Both the position numbers and the translations under genes were made by a program. A stretch of DNA of 57,427 nucleotides, from the NCBI GenBank assembly GCA_963641675.1, contig CAVIES010000001.1, forward strand, positions 1-57,427, in the 5' to 3' direction. This document shows positions 17,588 through 27,158 of this stretch, piece after piece. Source of the stretch: Anaerovoracaceae bacterium. Its GTDB lineage: Bacteria > Actinomycetota > Coriobacteriia > Coriobacteriales > Atopobiaceae. Below the pieces are notes generated by a model. That model worked only from the letters and a program-made list of their open reading frames with translations. It searched no databases and was not told the DNA's origin. Numbering within the stretch: the stretch's first letter is position 1; each line of letters starts with the position of its first letter.

Positions 17588-20481
17588 TTCTGTGCGTCCA
17601 AGGCGTTCAAGTCAATCTTCCAGCAACGGCACTGAGCAGTTGTAATGGTCGTGTTTTTCCCAAGTGAGCACCGGGCTCGTCTGTCTTTGAGGATGCCCGC
17701 ATTAGCGAGACACTTTGCAAGGTAGTCCACACTGACACGGTTCTCGTTGCACCAGTCTCGGACTGTATTGGCCGACAGAAGCAGTACGTTGTCCAGGGAG
17801 GGGTCTTTCTGCATGGGGGTGCCGCGGATCGAACGGCCAACAATCCCCATTGGGCACCGCACGTCATATGGCGCCTCGTTAGCCTTGATGTCGTACGTAG
17901 CCGTCTGAATGATGCGCGGGCTCAGCTCGTTGAGCATCAACCCCAGAGCGTCTGTGGCGGACAGGGTGTTGGCCTCCTGAGTACGTTGGAACAACATGCG
18001 GGCGGCCTCGAGTGCAAACTTGGTGAGCTTGGGGATATCGAACTCGATAACTCCCAGCTCCTTCATGATCTTCGCGCATGCCAAGGTGCACACCATGTGG
18101 TTGCGATAGAAGCGGTAGCGGGGCTGGGCCATGAGGTCCGCATCAGCACGGAGGTCGTCGTAGGTTTTGAAGATGAGGTCATGCACATCCGCTCTGTGCG
18201 TGACGATGTAGCGGATGAAGGCCTCGCCAGCAATGCCCATGTCTTCCTCCATGGCGGACACCTGGGACGCTACAGCCATCGGGTCAAGCGCGGGGATGTT
18301 ATAGGCGTCCACATTGATCTCGAAGATACGCATCACTTCAGCTTCCGTGTCGCCGTTGGTTGCCAAACGGGCAGTGATCTGTGTGTTGCCGGTCAGAGCC
18401 GTGTGAGTGCGCCACTCGTTGCGCTCGGCAATACGGACCGTGCCACCCGACGCCTTCATGCGCATCTTCTCCACACCAGAGGAGAGGGAGTAGCACAGCT
18501 CAGAGAGTTCGCGGCTGTTCTTGTTGGTGACTTCGTCGAACAACACGGGGAGGTTGCGCAGGGCACCGAGGAAGTTAGCCTGCGCGTTGCCCGTGGCGCC
18601 CTCCTTGCCGCTGAAGGCGAGGCCAGGCATCGGACGGCCATAGGCATACAAGGCCGCCAGAGCTGCCGTCGTCTTGCCCTTGCCGGACTGCGTACCAGAG
18701 AGGACGCACGGGATGCCGTTGTACAAAGAGTCACACATCACAGCCAGGGGAGCCGCCCACAGGGAGCAGATCATGTACTGCATGGGCTCCATGCCATCAC
18801 GGTTGTAGATGCTGTTGATCTTCTTGGCGTAGGACTCAACAGATCCCATGGGAGATGGAAACACCTTCACATGATCCGCCGCCGAGCCGCTTACCAGCAC
18901 CTCCGTGACGTTGCCGTCGGGAGTGTAGAGGCGAGTGCCAATAAGGAAAGAGTAGTCCTTCTGCCAGCCGAAGTGACTGTAGGTGTTCATCACATCGGTA
19001 GTGTTCATGAGGTTGCCCACCTCATCCTTGAGGTAGCAACCCATGTTTTTTATGCTGTCATTAGCGTTGCCTGCCATGATTTCGTATTGACCTAAGAACT
19101 CCACCAGCTTGTTCCCACCTGTACCGATGAGACCGCCGGGGATGTTGAACTCTCGAACCTCTCCCTTTGGAAGGTGGGCCCGAGCCGCGAAAGAGAACGC
19201 CCCGTCTGCATCCCTGAGACGCCTCGTAAGGTAAAACTGCACACCGCAGAAGGGGTGCGGCACCAGTGCACCGTCCTCATCCTTGAAGTAGCGGATCATC
19301 TGACCGCCACTCCACCCATAGCCCTGGGGCATGGGAGGGATCTGGTACTGCACCTTCTTGGTGTTGCCCGCCGTGTCAGTGTGCTCCACCTCCACGGTTT
19401 CTTCCTTCTTCTCGGGTTCCATGATGCCAAGGACCCAAGGGGTTTTGATCTTGCCTTTCTTCGGGCAGTTGGCACACCCCGAGGGGTTGCACTTCTCGAA
19501 GTACTCGCAAGTCGGAGGGGGCGAGGTCCACGTGTTGAACCGCGTGTCCACGTCAGTGTTCTGGTGCCCCGTCTCGCCTCGCTTCTCTGACCACTTGTAG
19601 GCAAGGTCAATGCCCTCCTCACAGTGCGTTATGAGTCCGATGACTCCACGCCAGTGGTCGTAGCTTACGTCGCCCTGAGTGTCACGCATCAGCCGGACCT
19701 GAGCACAGTGCTCAGCAACCATACATGCGTGGTGGGGCGTATTGCACGCCTGGTAAGTCGTTGGCGCCTGATCACCCCCCTGCATCCAGGTGGGCATCTC
19801 CCCGAGAGTATCAACCCCGGCGAGCTCCGTGACCTTAGTGACGAAGGAGCCCGTGGTGATAGGCCCTCGCTGGGCGAGAGCCAGCTTGACCTCCAAGGGA
19901 TGCTGGGGGTCCTTGCGGTTGTGTGTGCCGATGGGGCGGAGAACGGAGGAGAAGTCAGCCGTGCGGGTGGGGTCAGCGAGGATGCCGTCCTTGGCGAAGA
20001 GAGCCTTGAGGCCGTTCGCCGTACGCACCCACACCTCAGGGGCGACGGGCTCAGTCAAGCACCAGTAAGCGTGGACACCACGCCCCGAGTTGATGAGCAT
20101 GGGAAAAGGGAGTTCCTTGTCCTTGCACCACGTGAGGATGGCCTTGGCGGCTTCCTTCTGCGTGGCGTAGCCATGCCCCTCAGCGGCCTTGTCGGCCCCG
20201 CAGTCAAGGTCGATCCAGAAGGCCTTGGCTGAGAGCCAATTCTCTGACGTGCGGGTGATGAACTTGCCATCCTCGTTCTTGTAGGGAGGACGCTTGAACG
20301 CCGCACATGCATGGTACACCGTGGCTCCCTGCTCATCACACTGCTGGGCAAAGTCTGCTGCCGCAGCGATGGTGGTGAACCCCCGGTGCTTGAACCCCTT
20401 GTCTCCGGCCACTGCCATCAAGTAGGCGCCCTCCGCAGGAAGGATGCTCTCTAAAAATTCTTGTGTGTTCATAGTGACCAT
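17584..20481 (-). CDS. Primase-helicase (AEP/RepB-type primase, PriCT-like and Zn region, DUF927-type helicase)
   Basis: WIDLD, INSGRGVHAYW, SYDHW, PPTC..C..CP, HFGWQ, Walker A SGKGKTT, LFDE; start 20481 or 20472. Confidence 0.88.
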   Translation of the reverse strand: MVTMNTQEFLESILPAEGAYLMAVAGDKGFKHRGFTTIAAAADFAQQCDEQGATVYHACAAFKRPPYKNEDGKFITRTSENWLSAKAFWIDLDCGADKAAEGHGYATQKEAAKAILTWCKDKELPFPMLINSGRGVHAYWCLTEPVAPEVWVRTANGLKALFAKDGILADPTRTADFSSVLRPIGTHNRKDPQHPLEVKLALAQRGPITTGSFVTKVTELAGVDTLGEMPTWMQGGDQAPTTYQACNTPHHACMVAEHCAQVRLMRDTQGDVSYDHWRGVIGLITHCEEGIDLAYKWSEKRGETGHQNTDVDTRFNTWTSPPPTCEYFEKCNPSGCANCPKKGKIKTPWVLGIMEPEKKEETVEVEHTDTAGNTKKVQYQIPPMPQGYGWSGGQMIRYFKDEDGALVPHPFCGVQFYLTRRLRDADGAFSFAARAHLPKGEVREFNIPGGLIGTGGNKLVEFLGQYEIMAGNANDSIKNMGCYLKDEVGNLMNTTDVMNTYSHFGWQKDYSFLIGTRLYTPDGNVTEVLVSGSAADHVKVFPSPMGSVESYAKKINSIYNRDGMEPMQYMICSLWAAPLAVMCDSLYNGIPCVLSGTQSGKGKTTAALAALYAYGRPMPGLAFSGKEGATGNAQANFLGALRNLPVLFDEVTNKNSRELSELCYSLSSGVEKMRMKASGGTVRIAERNEWRTHTALTGNTQITARLATNGDTEAEVMRIFEINVDAYNIPALDPMAVASQVSAMEEDMGIAGEAFIRYIVTHRADVHDLIFKTYDDLRADADLMAQPRYRFYRNHMVCTLACAKIMKELGVIEFDIPKLTKFALEAARMLFQRTQEANTLSATDALGLMLNELSPRIIQTATYDIKANEAPYDVRCPMGIVGRSIRGTPMQKDPSLDNVLLLSANTVRDWCNENRVSVDYLAKCLANAGILKDRRARCSLGKNTTITTAQCRCWKIDLNALDAQK

Positions 20482-20497
20482 CGTTGAAAGAAAACTA

Positions 20498-20517
20498 AGG
20501 GGAGCTAGTGCTCCCCT
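20498..20517 (-). terminator. Intrinsic terminator after the SSB gene
   Basis: AGGGGAGC-ACTA-GCTCCCCT followed by TAGTTTTCTTTC on the - strand. Confidence 0.65.
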
Positions 20518-20535
20518 CACCGAGACTACCTGGGG

Positions 20536-21489
20536 TTAGTCGAACCCGAGATCGTCGAGAGCCTGTGCGAGGCCAGCGTCCGAGTCAACCACCTTGGCAG
20601 GCATGGCCTGCTGGATCAGCTGATCCGCAGTAGCCGCCGGGGCGGGCTGAGGAGCGGGCTTGGCGACAGGGGCAGGCTGAGGAGCCTGCTCAAACTTCTG
20701 GACAATCTTCTCGGCTTCAGCTACCACGGGGTCGGGGCGCTTGTGGACCACCACAGGGGCTTCCTCGTTGCCATAGATCATGCGGTGGACAGCTTCGCTC
20801 TTGGACTGCTCGATCACTTCATTGAACACATCGGCGCTTGCCACGAAGCCCTTCGGCGTGAACACCAAGCGAGGAGTGGCTTCCTGCATGTCGAAGCTGA
20901 TCTCCGTCACAACACCCTGATAGGGCACCTTGCGAGCGTTGAGCGTCTTGCTCAGTTCGCCGAGGGCACGGATGGAGGCAGGCGGGACACGGAGGAGGTA
21001 GAGCGTCTGGGGATCGTCCGGCGTGCACACCACGATGCGGACGAAGTCAGAGCAGGCCTTGCCCTTGCCTGCGGTGCCGTCAGCACCACGGGAGGTGCCG
21101 AACACGTTCCACTTGCACGCGGCGCAGGTCTGGCACTGGGGTTCAGCAGACTGAGCGTCAGGGGTCTTGCCGTTGTTGGAGAAGCACGTGGGCTTGGCTT
21201 CTTCACCAGAGGCGCCGTCCTTGTAGCCACCAGCGTAGTAGGTCTTGGCCTTGTCCGGGCTGGCCTTGACGATGATCACGTTGATACGCGTGGCCGGGGA
21301 CTGCGGGTCGAGCGGGTTGGGAATGACCTTGCGTTCGCCACCGGAGACGATGGTGAACACCTTCCCCTTGATGGAGATGGAGGGGAAGCCCTGAGACGCG
21401 TGGCTGGCGAGGTCGTCGTTGCTTGCCTGAGCCTGAGCGAGGTAGGCGGGAAGGGCGCTGGTGTTGTCGAATGCGATGATGTTTGTCAT
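20536..21489 (-). CDS. Phage ssDNA-binding/annealing protein
   Basis: ISIKGKVF, YY..P.CFS, CxxC..N..G..GKAC, LRVPPASI; Pro/Ala linker and acidic-aromatic tail DDLGFD; replication context. Confidence 0.7.
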   Translation of the reverse strand: MTNIIAFDNTSALPAYLAQAQASNDDLASHASQGFPSISIKGKVFTIVSGGERKVIPNPLDPQSPATRINVIIVKASPDKAKTYYAGGYKDGASGEEAKPTCFSNNGKTPDAQSAEPQCQTCAACKWNVFGTSRGADGTAGKGKACSDFVRIVVCTPDDPQTLYLLRVPPASIRALGELSKTLNARKVPYQGVVTEISFDMQEATPRLVFTPKGFVASADVFNEVIEQSKSEAVHRMIYGNEEAPVVVHKRPDPVVAEAEKIVQKFEQAPQPAPVAKPAPQPAPAATADQLIQQAMPAKVVDSDAGLAQALDDLGFD

Positions 21490-21510
21490 CTGATAAGTCT
21501 CCTGAAAAAT

Positions 21511-21897
21511 TTATGCGCGGCGGAAGCCGACTTTGATTTCACGACGAACAGTAACTCCGGGCGGCACATCGTTGTTGGTCGCGAGGTAGTCCTGTACTGC
21601 TGTCTTATTGGCACGGACGTCCAAGAGGTCGAACGCGCCGTTGTTGGTGATGTACTCCATGAACGCGGCCTTGTCCGCGACTGTGGCAGAGGTGGCTGTG
21701 GTGCTGTACACCGTGCCCGCCGCTGTCTTCATGGACTCCACGCCACTCTGGTTGAGGGCGGTGAGGGCCTGTGCCTCGAGCTTGGCGAGGGCTTCATCAT
21801 AAGGCTTCATCGCCTCGGCCTGTGCGGCCTTGAGCGCGGCCTTCTGATCGCGAAGGGTAATGTACGCCTTCACGAGGTCTTCAATGTTTACTTGCAT
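21511..21897 (-). CDS. Conserved phage replication-module protein
   Basis: N-terminal coiled coil, S.KTAAGTVY, strong TAAGGAG RBS. Confidence 0.7.
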   Translation of the reverse strand: MQVNIEDLVKAYITLRDQKAALKAAQAEAMKPYDEALAKLEAQALTALNQSGVESMKTAAGTVYSTTATSATVADKAAFMEYITNNGAFDLLDVRANKTAVQDYLATNNDVPPGVTVRREIKVGFRRA

Positions 21898-21971
21898 GTC
21901 TGGCTCCTTAGTTAAACTTATTCTATAAGTGGTAACCTTATAAAGTCTACTTCTCCGTATTAGGGGTTTCC

Positions 21972-23543
21972 CTACCCCTTTGATTGCTCATTGACCAAAT
22001 CGAGGAGGAGGCCCTGCATGGACTGCTTCTTCTCAATGCGGTCGTAGATCTTCTGCTCGAACTCTGTAGAGACGAGCTGAACGATAACCGTGGATCGCTT
22101 CTGCCCCGGGCGGCGAACACGTGCACACGCTTGCTGGTAGATCTCGTTGTTGTAACAAGGCCCGAACCAGCAGATGGTCGTGGCGGCAGTGAGCGTCAGC
22201 CCATGGCTCATGGTTGCCGGGTTGGCTACCAGCACCTTGGGATCCTCAGCGTTCTGAAAGCTGTAGAAGATGGCATCGCGTTCGGTCTTCCCAACACTCC
22301 CGTCCACCACCTCTACCGTGTGCCCCTGCTTTCGCAGGTAGTCCACAGCTTGGTTGAGGGCAGAGGTGAAGGGGATGAACACGATAGTCTTCCCTTCGGA
22401 CTCGCACACCACTTCGTCCAAGGCTTCCAAGCGAGGCGTACAGTCCAGCGGGACCTCCACGCCACCATCACCGTAGGCCGCGCCACAGCAGATCTGCAAC
22501 AGCTTGGAGGCTTTGACTGCCTCGTTCACTGCAAGCACCTGCCCCGACGCCACCTCGGCGAAGAGCTTGGTCTTCATGTCTTTGTACGCCTTCTTCTGCT
22601 CGAGCGACAACTCCGTCTTCCGCTGTGTGACGATCTGCGGAGGCAAGTCCACAGCGTCGTCCAGCGAGAAGCGGATGGCCGGTTGCATGATGCGGTACAC
22701 CGTGTCCACAGCGTCAGGCTTGTTCACCCATGTGAACGGCCCCCGCTGGAGCATCACGAGGTCTCTGAAGCGCCCGAAGTACTTCGGACAATCAGGATTG
22801 CTCGGATTCACCAGCTTGATCTGCCCATAGGCATCCGTAGGAGCATTGGGGATGGGTGAGCCTGTAAGCCCCCACACCTTCCTAGCCCCGTGGAGCTGTT
22901 TGTTGCAGATCTCGTTAGCCACCTTCCAGCGCTGCGCCGCAGGGTTGCGGAACAACGCCACCTCATCGATGATGATAAGGTTGATGTCAGGGCGGTCGGC
23001 GAGGGCGTCCTTGATGATGCGCAGACCATCTGTGTTAATGATGTAGATGTCCGCCTCATCAGCGAGGAGCTTCAGCCGCTTCTCACGAGTGCCGTACAAC
23101 ACGTTGAACTTCAAGCCCGTGAAGGAGCGGAAGATCTCATCACCCCAAGCACGCTCCATAACCGATATGGGGCACACCACAAGGGCGCGGTTCACAGCTC
23201 CAATGGATCGCATGTAGTCCAGCGCCCACAGGGATGTGACCGTTTTACCCAAGCCCATGGAGTTGAGGATGAAGCAACGGTCATGCATAGAGGCAAACTC
23301 CGCTGTCTTCATCTGAACGTCAAAGGGCTTGAACCTGCCTTCGTAGGGATAGTAGTAGTTCATCGGGGACGGCACGTCAACGCCAAGGTTCCGAAGAACC
23401 TTCGTCTCGTCCGGCCTATGAGGAACTGCCACCAAGTCCTGGCCGCGATACTTGAACTCCTTTGCCGTCGGGATCACGTCAGTGAACTTCTTCGGGTTCC
23501 GGGTTTTAAGGATCACAGCCTTCTTAGGCTTGAAGATCAACAT
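21972..23543 (-). CDS. SNF2-family (SF2) helicase
   Basis: MGLGKT, IIIDEV, LTGSPIPN, HGLTLTAA, QACARVRRPGQ. Confidence 0.92.
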   Translation of the reverse strand: MLIFKPKKAVILKTRNPKKFTDVIPTAKEFKYRGQDLVAVPHRPDETKVLRNLGVDVPSPMNYYYPYEGRFKPFDVQMKTAEFASMHDRCFILNSMGLGKTVTSLWALDYMRSIGAVNRALVVCPISVMERAWGDEIFRSFTGLKFNVLYGTREKRLKLLADEADIYIINTDGLRIIKDALADRPDINLIIIDEVALFRNPAAQRWKVANEICNKQLHGARKVWGLTGSPIPNAPTDAYGQIKLVNPSNPDCPKYFGRFRDLVMLQRGPFTWVNKPDAVDTVYRIMQPAIRFSLDDAVDLPPQIVTQRKTELSLEQKKAYKDMKTKLFAEVASGQVLAVNEAVKASKLLQICCGAAYGDGGVEVPLDCTPRLEALDEVVCESEGKTIVFIPFTSALNQAVDYLRKQGHTVEVVDGSVGKTERDAIFYSFQNAEDPKVLVANPATMSHGLTLTAATTICWFGPCYNNEIYQQACARVRRPGQKRSTVIVQLVSTEFEQKIYDRIEKKQSMQGLLLDLVNEQSKG

Positions 23544-23552
23544 CTCTGACTC

Positions 23553-23798
23553 CTACGAATCGCGGCGCCAACCGCGATTCTTCTTCTCGCTGACCACCCG
23601 GAGGTTGGAGCGGGCGTTGCTCCCGCCGTCCTTCAGCATGTGCTTGTGATCAACATCCTTGCCGTCTCCGGGTTTCACCTTACCTTCTTGTTCCATCATT
23701 CTACGAGCTTTATTACGCATAGCGCGCTTTTTCTTTTGCGCTGGCTGTGACTCGTACCAAGTATCGTACTCTTTTTTACGCTGCGGACTCTGTGGCAT
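23553..23798 (-). CDS. Small HNH endonuclease-like protein
   Basis: DVDHKH..GGSN..SNLRVVS..NR; AGGAGG RBS before ATG 23798. Confidence 0.8.
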   Translation of the reverse strand: MPQSPQRKKEYDTWYESQPAQKKKRAMRNKARRMMEQEGKVKPGDGKDVDHKHMLKDGGSNARSNLRVVSEKKNRGWRRDS

Positions 23799-24429
23799 CC
23801 TTGATCCTCCTGGGTAATTTGCCAACGGGTGTGGTTAAAAGCTCTGTGGGGATCCCGGCTCGAATCCTTGCATACAAGGTGCCCCGATCTACTCCGCACC
23901 TTTCTGCTAACTCAGTTACGGTTACCCCGCAAACAATGTGGTTATCTCGTTTGTTTCGACACTGCTCCTTTGGAGTCGCCCAACGACAGTTGCTAGGTTC
24001 ATAGTTGCCATTTGTGTCAATGCGATCAATTGACATCCCCGGCTTCCATGTTGGTAGCATGTCGTCGAAGAAGTTCTGGCAGTTTTGCCATCGCTCGCAA
24101 ACGGATATGCCGCGCCCACCATAATTTCTGTACCCATGCATATTCTGGTCTCGGCACCGCTGGCGCATCCCTACCCAAATGTGGTAAAGAGGGTGCCCCG
24201 AGTAGCCGTGCTTCCGCGCACACTGCCCGCGTGCAAAATGCGAGTAGCACCCACAAGACGGCGTTCTCCCTAGCTTGGCCTCCTTGACCACATCGGAAAT
24301 GGCTTTCACACAGGCGTTCCCACAGGCACACTGGAATAGCCACTGACGACCTTTCCCTCTGTGCCCCATCATTTGGAGAGCAGTCAACAATCCGTATTTC
24401 CTACCGGAATAATCCCTTGGCACTCCCAT
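23776..24429 (-). CDS. Free-standing HNH homing endonuclease
   Basis: W..CxCG, SCGC, W..MRQRC, YGGRGISVCERW, SIDRIDxxGxYEPxNCRWAT, C-terminal HTH; overlaps both neighbours. Confidence 0.88.
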   Translation of the reverse strand: MGVPRDYSGRKYGLLTALQMMGHRGKGRQWLFQCACGNACVKAISDVVKEAKLGRTPSCGCYSHFARGQCARKHGYSGHPLYHIWVGMRQRCRDQNMHGYRNYGGRGISVCERWQNCQNFFDDMLPTWKPGMSIDRIDTNGNYEPSNCRWATPKEQCRNKRDNHIVCGVTVTELAERCGVDRGTLYARIRAGIPTELLTTPVGKLPRRIKDATESAA

Positions 24430-24610
24430 ATTTTCTCTGCTCCTTTTCCCAGGACGAGCAACAATCCCGGTTGCACCAGCGCCGCCCCTGAGGAACGGGC
24501 TCCCCGCAAAAGAGGCAGTAGCCTGTCTCCTCTGCTTCCTTCGTTACCGGCTTCTGGCGATGCTCCTCCAGAAAGTCGGTGTCCATCTGAGCTCTATCTG
24601 CTACGTCCAT
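24401..24610 (-). CDS. TraR/DksA-like C4 zinc-finger protein
   Basis: MDVADRAQ N-terminus, CLFCGEPV..RRWC..DC. Confidence 0.75.
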   Translation of the reverse strand: MDVADRAQMDTDFLEEHRQKPVTKEAEETGYCLFCGEPVPQGRRWCNRDCCSSWEKEQRKYGSAKGLFR

Positions 24611-25338
24611 TACTTCTCCTTGCGTGCAGTGATGAGAACTGGCTTAGTTTTCATGCGCCACTCCTTCATCAGTTTCTGGCCCTCTTCCGTCGTATCTCCT
24701 GCGAACAGGTCGTTAATGTAGTACGTCAGGTCGTTGTCCGGGGAGGTGGTGTCCACCGTCCAGTCGTGAACGCACATGAAACCTGCAAGGTTCAGCGCAT
24801 CCCGAAGCTCGAACCGACTCCACAGGTGGTACCCGAGGATCTCGTCCCACATGATGCTCCTGCGGCCCACGTCGTAGATGCCAAGCGTCCCGCCAGGGGA
24901 GAGGAGGTCATACATCTTCTTCAAGACAGTTGGCAACTGCTCAAAGTGTCCCAACGTGTAGTTGCACATCACGAGGTCAAACGTCCCCTCATGCCCGACA
25001 CAGACCAAGTCCTTCTCGAAGTCCCTGCACACAAAGCTGATCCCCGACCCCGGTGGCACCATCTCTACCTGACTGGGGAAGATGTTGATGCCCTTGGCGA
25101 ACACGAAGGAGGGGTAGAGCTCCTTGAGCTGGTAGAGCATCTCGCCTGTGCCACACCCAACATCCAGCACCTTGTGCAGTGTTGTGCCGTGTGAGGCCGT
25201 TATAAACGTGTTAAGGATCTTCTGTGCATGGACCACGGGGTCGTCGTCAGTCAGCCACGCATGGAGGGTTCCCGCCCCCTGCCTGTCGGCAATAAACCTC
25301 GTGTAGTCACGTGCCTGTTCGTTTGTGTATGTAAGCAT
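24610..25338 (-). CDS. Class I SAM-dependent methyltransferase (not DNA-MTase type)
   Basis: VLDVGCGTG, FDLVMC..TLGH, LSPGG; no DPPY/NPPY/PC motif. Confidence 0.85.
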   Translation of the reverse strand: MLTYTNEQARDYTRFIADRQGAGTLHAWLTDDDPVVHAQKILNTFITASHGTTLHKVLDVGCGTGEMLYQLKELYPSFVFAKGINIFPSQVEMVPPGSGISFVCRDFEKDLVCVGHEGTFDLVMCNYTLGHFEQLPTVLKKMYDLLSPGGTLGIYDVGRRSIMWDEILGYHLWSRFELRDALNLAGFMCVHDWTVDTTSPDNDLTYYINDLFAGDTTEEGQKLMKEWRMKTKPVLITARKEK

Positions 25339-25340
25339 AG

Positions 25341-25703
25341 CTACTCCGGGATGAATGTCATCGTGGTGCCTGTCTGCTTCAGGCATTCCAGCGCCGCCTC
25401 CACGAGGTCTGCGCGGTCTGCTACGACTGCCATGCCCCCGTGGGATCCGATAGCTCGGAGGTTGCGACGCTGGTTCTCTGTGGTGTTCTTGATCTTTCCA
25501 GGGGCTTTCGTCTCAACCCCTGCAAAGACTCCTATGGTCTTGCCGACCATGTCCTTCGTAATCTTCAAAGGGACACAAGCAATTAGGTCTGGGATGCCTA
25601 CACATCCCATGCCGTTCTGAACGGGCATGTAGCTCCAAATGTTATGCGCTTTGAGAACCTTTTTTACTTCTGCTTTTACTTTTCCTTCCGGTGTGTTTGG
25701 CAT
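25341..25703 (-). CDS. VRR-NUC domain nuclease (Holliday-junction resolvase-like)
   Basis: TPEGKVK, GIPDLIAC, GVETKAPG..TENQ. Confidence 0.85.
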   Translation of the reverse strand: MPNTPEGKVKAEVKKVLKAHNIWSYMPVQNGMGCVGIPDLIACVPLKITKDMVGKTIGVFAGVETKAPGKIKNTTENQRRNLRAIGSHGGMAVVADRADLVEAALECLKQTGTTMTFIPE

Positions 25704-25711
25704 TTCACTTC

Positions 25712-26194
25712 CTATTGCGGCCAGCAATAGCCACGTACGAGTCCGCATTTCTGTGCGGCTCGGAATATGTACTCGTCGAATGGTGTGCGGTTGCTCGTAG
25801 CTGCGGCAATGATCTCCTCTTTGAGGGAGTCTCGTGCCTCCAGCTCCCGCTTCTTCTGTGCAGCAGCAGCCACTGCCTTAGCGGACAGCTCCTTCATCTG
25901 CCTTGCAAGGGCTTTCTTCGCACTAGAGCGGCACTGCTCCAACCGCTTCCTAGGGATGTCAGGAGCGTAGTAGATGTTCCATCTGCTCCCTAGGGGCTCA
26001 CATATCCATCCGTGTTTCAGCTTCAAGGCATCTGTGATCACGCGGGCGGCATACTGCGAGTAGCGGACCCCGGCTTCCTTCACGAGCTCTTGCACTCGAC
26101 CGGAGTCCATCGCCTTGACGCCCACTGTGATCTGCTCCTCAACTATGTTTCGGAGCACCTTGGTTTTCTCGCCTGGTGTGTTGCGAGCCACCAT
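25712..26194 (-). CDS. Hypothetical protein, possible N-terminal ribbon-helix-helix
   Basis: QITVGV strand followed by two helices (RVQELVKEAGVRYSQYAARVITDAL). Confidence 0.5.
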   Translation of the reverse strand: MVARNTPGEKTKVLRNIVEEQITVGVKAMDSGRVQELVKEAGVRYSQYAARVITDALKLKHGWICEPLGSRWNIYYAPDIPRKRLEQCRSSAKKALARQMKELSAKAVAAAAQKKRELEARDSLKEEIIAAATSNRTPFDEYIFRAAQKCGLVRGYCWPQ

Positions 26195-26195
26195 G

Positions 26196-26387
26196 TCAGA
26201 CGCCCCATTGACGGATGCCGATGATGCCCCCGGCAATGGCGGTGAAGGCCGCGCTAAAGCACCCGCTTGCGAAGGGCATCCCCGTTATGAAGCCCGGCCA
26301 CCAGTCGAGCACCATCTGCACGCACATCACAAGGAAGGTCCCCATCAGTGCGGCTCCTATGTTTATCCAAATGTTCTTCCAATTCAT
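26196..26387 (-). CDS. Small two-TM membrane protein
   Basis: Two hydrophobic segments in 63 aa; fills the gap in the operon. Confidence 0.55.
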   Translation of the reverse strand: MNWKNIWINIGAALMGTFLVMCVQMVLDWWPGFITGMPFASGCFSAAFTAIAGGIIGIRQWGV

Positions 26388-26475
26388 TTTCCAGTTCCCA
26401 CTGTGTGATGATCAACTCAGCGTCGATCTCGTCAAGGTTGTCAAGTTGATCATCTTTTTTCATGATTTAAGTCCT

Positions 26476-27126
26476 TTATTTCCCGCAGTATTGGCACCCT
26501 TCGCACGGACACCACTGACGGCACAGCCCAGAGGGGCGAGCGGGCCAGTCACCCGTCTCGTAGGACTTCCGCATCCGTGCAACGGCAGGGAGGAAAGACT
26601 GCCAGATCCCTGCCGCATCCTCACGGTTGTAAGTCTTGCGGTCAATCTTTTTCTCTTTGAGCCAGATGAACGCCGTATGCACCTTCTGGATTTCTGGCCA
26701 GTAGGCGAAGGCATAGGCGGCGTACAGTGCCAGCTGTTCGGAGGGCTTCCGCTTGCCAGTCTTGTAGTCAATGATGATGGCTTCCTTGCCACGCTTGATC
26801 ACAAGGTCGGCGATGCCCCTCGTCCACGCACCCCGCTTGTCACAGGGCTCGTGGAACTCATCCAACATGAAGGGATGCTCAGGGAGCTTCTCTCCAGGGA
26901 TGGCCTTGATTTTGTCCACCAACCCTTGCCAATGAGCTTGACTGGAGGGCAGGGGCTCTTGGAGGTTGACAGCATTCTCAAAGGCCTTGTGCAACTCCCG
27001 CCCTGCAACAACTGCTTCGCTAGGGGGGAAGTCCTGCACGTCGCGAGCGACGCGCAGGTGGTAGTACTTCTTCGGACACGTGGTATACGCATCCACGGAG
27101 CTTGCGCTCCATGCAGGTATGTACAT
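26476..27126 (-). CDS. PD-(D/E)xK exonuclease, Cas4/AddB-like
   Basis: SASS..TCP, GRELHKAFE, GIADLVI, IDYKTGK, QLALYA, C-terminal CRQWCPC..C. Confidence 0.88.
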   Translation of the reverse strand: MYIPAWSASSVDAYTTCPKKYYHLRVARDVQDFPPSEAVVAGRELHKAFENAVNLQEPLPSSQAHWQGLVDKIKAIPGEKLPEHPFMLDEFHEPCDKRGAWTRGIADLVIKRGKEAIIIDYKTGKRKPSEQLALYAAYAFAYWPEIQKVHTAFIWLKEKKIDRKTYNREDAAGIWQSFLPAVARMRKSYETGDWPARPSGLCRQWCPCEGCQYCGK

Positions 27127-27158
27127 ATGATCTCCTCGGTGTGAGGAGATCCCCACAC

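Noticed and set aside
26254..26463. 69-aa ORF with acidic N-terminus
   Set aside because: Overlaps the TM gene 26196-26387 in another frame; cannot tell whether it is real.
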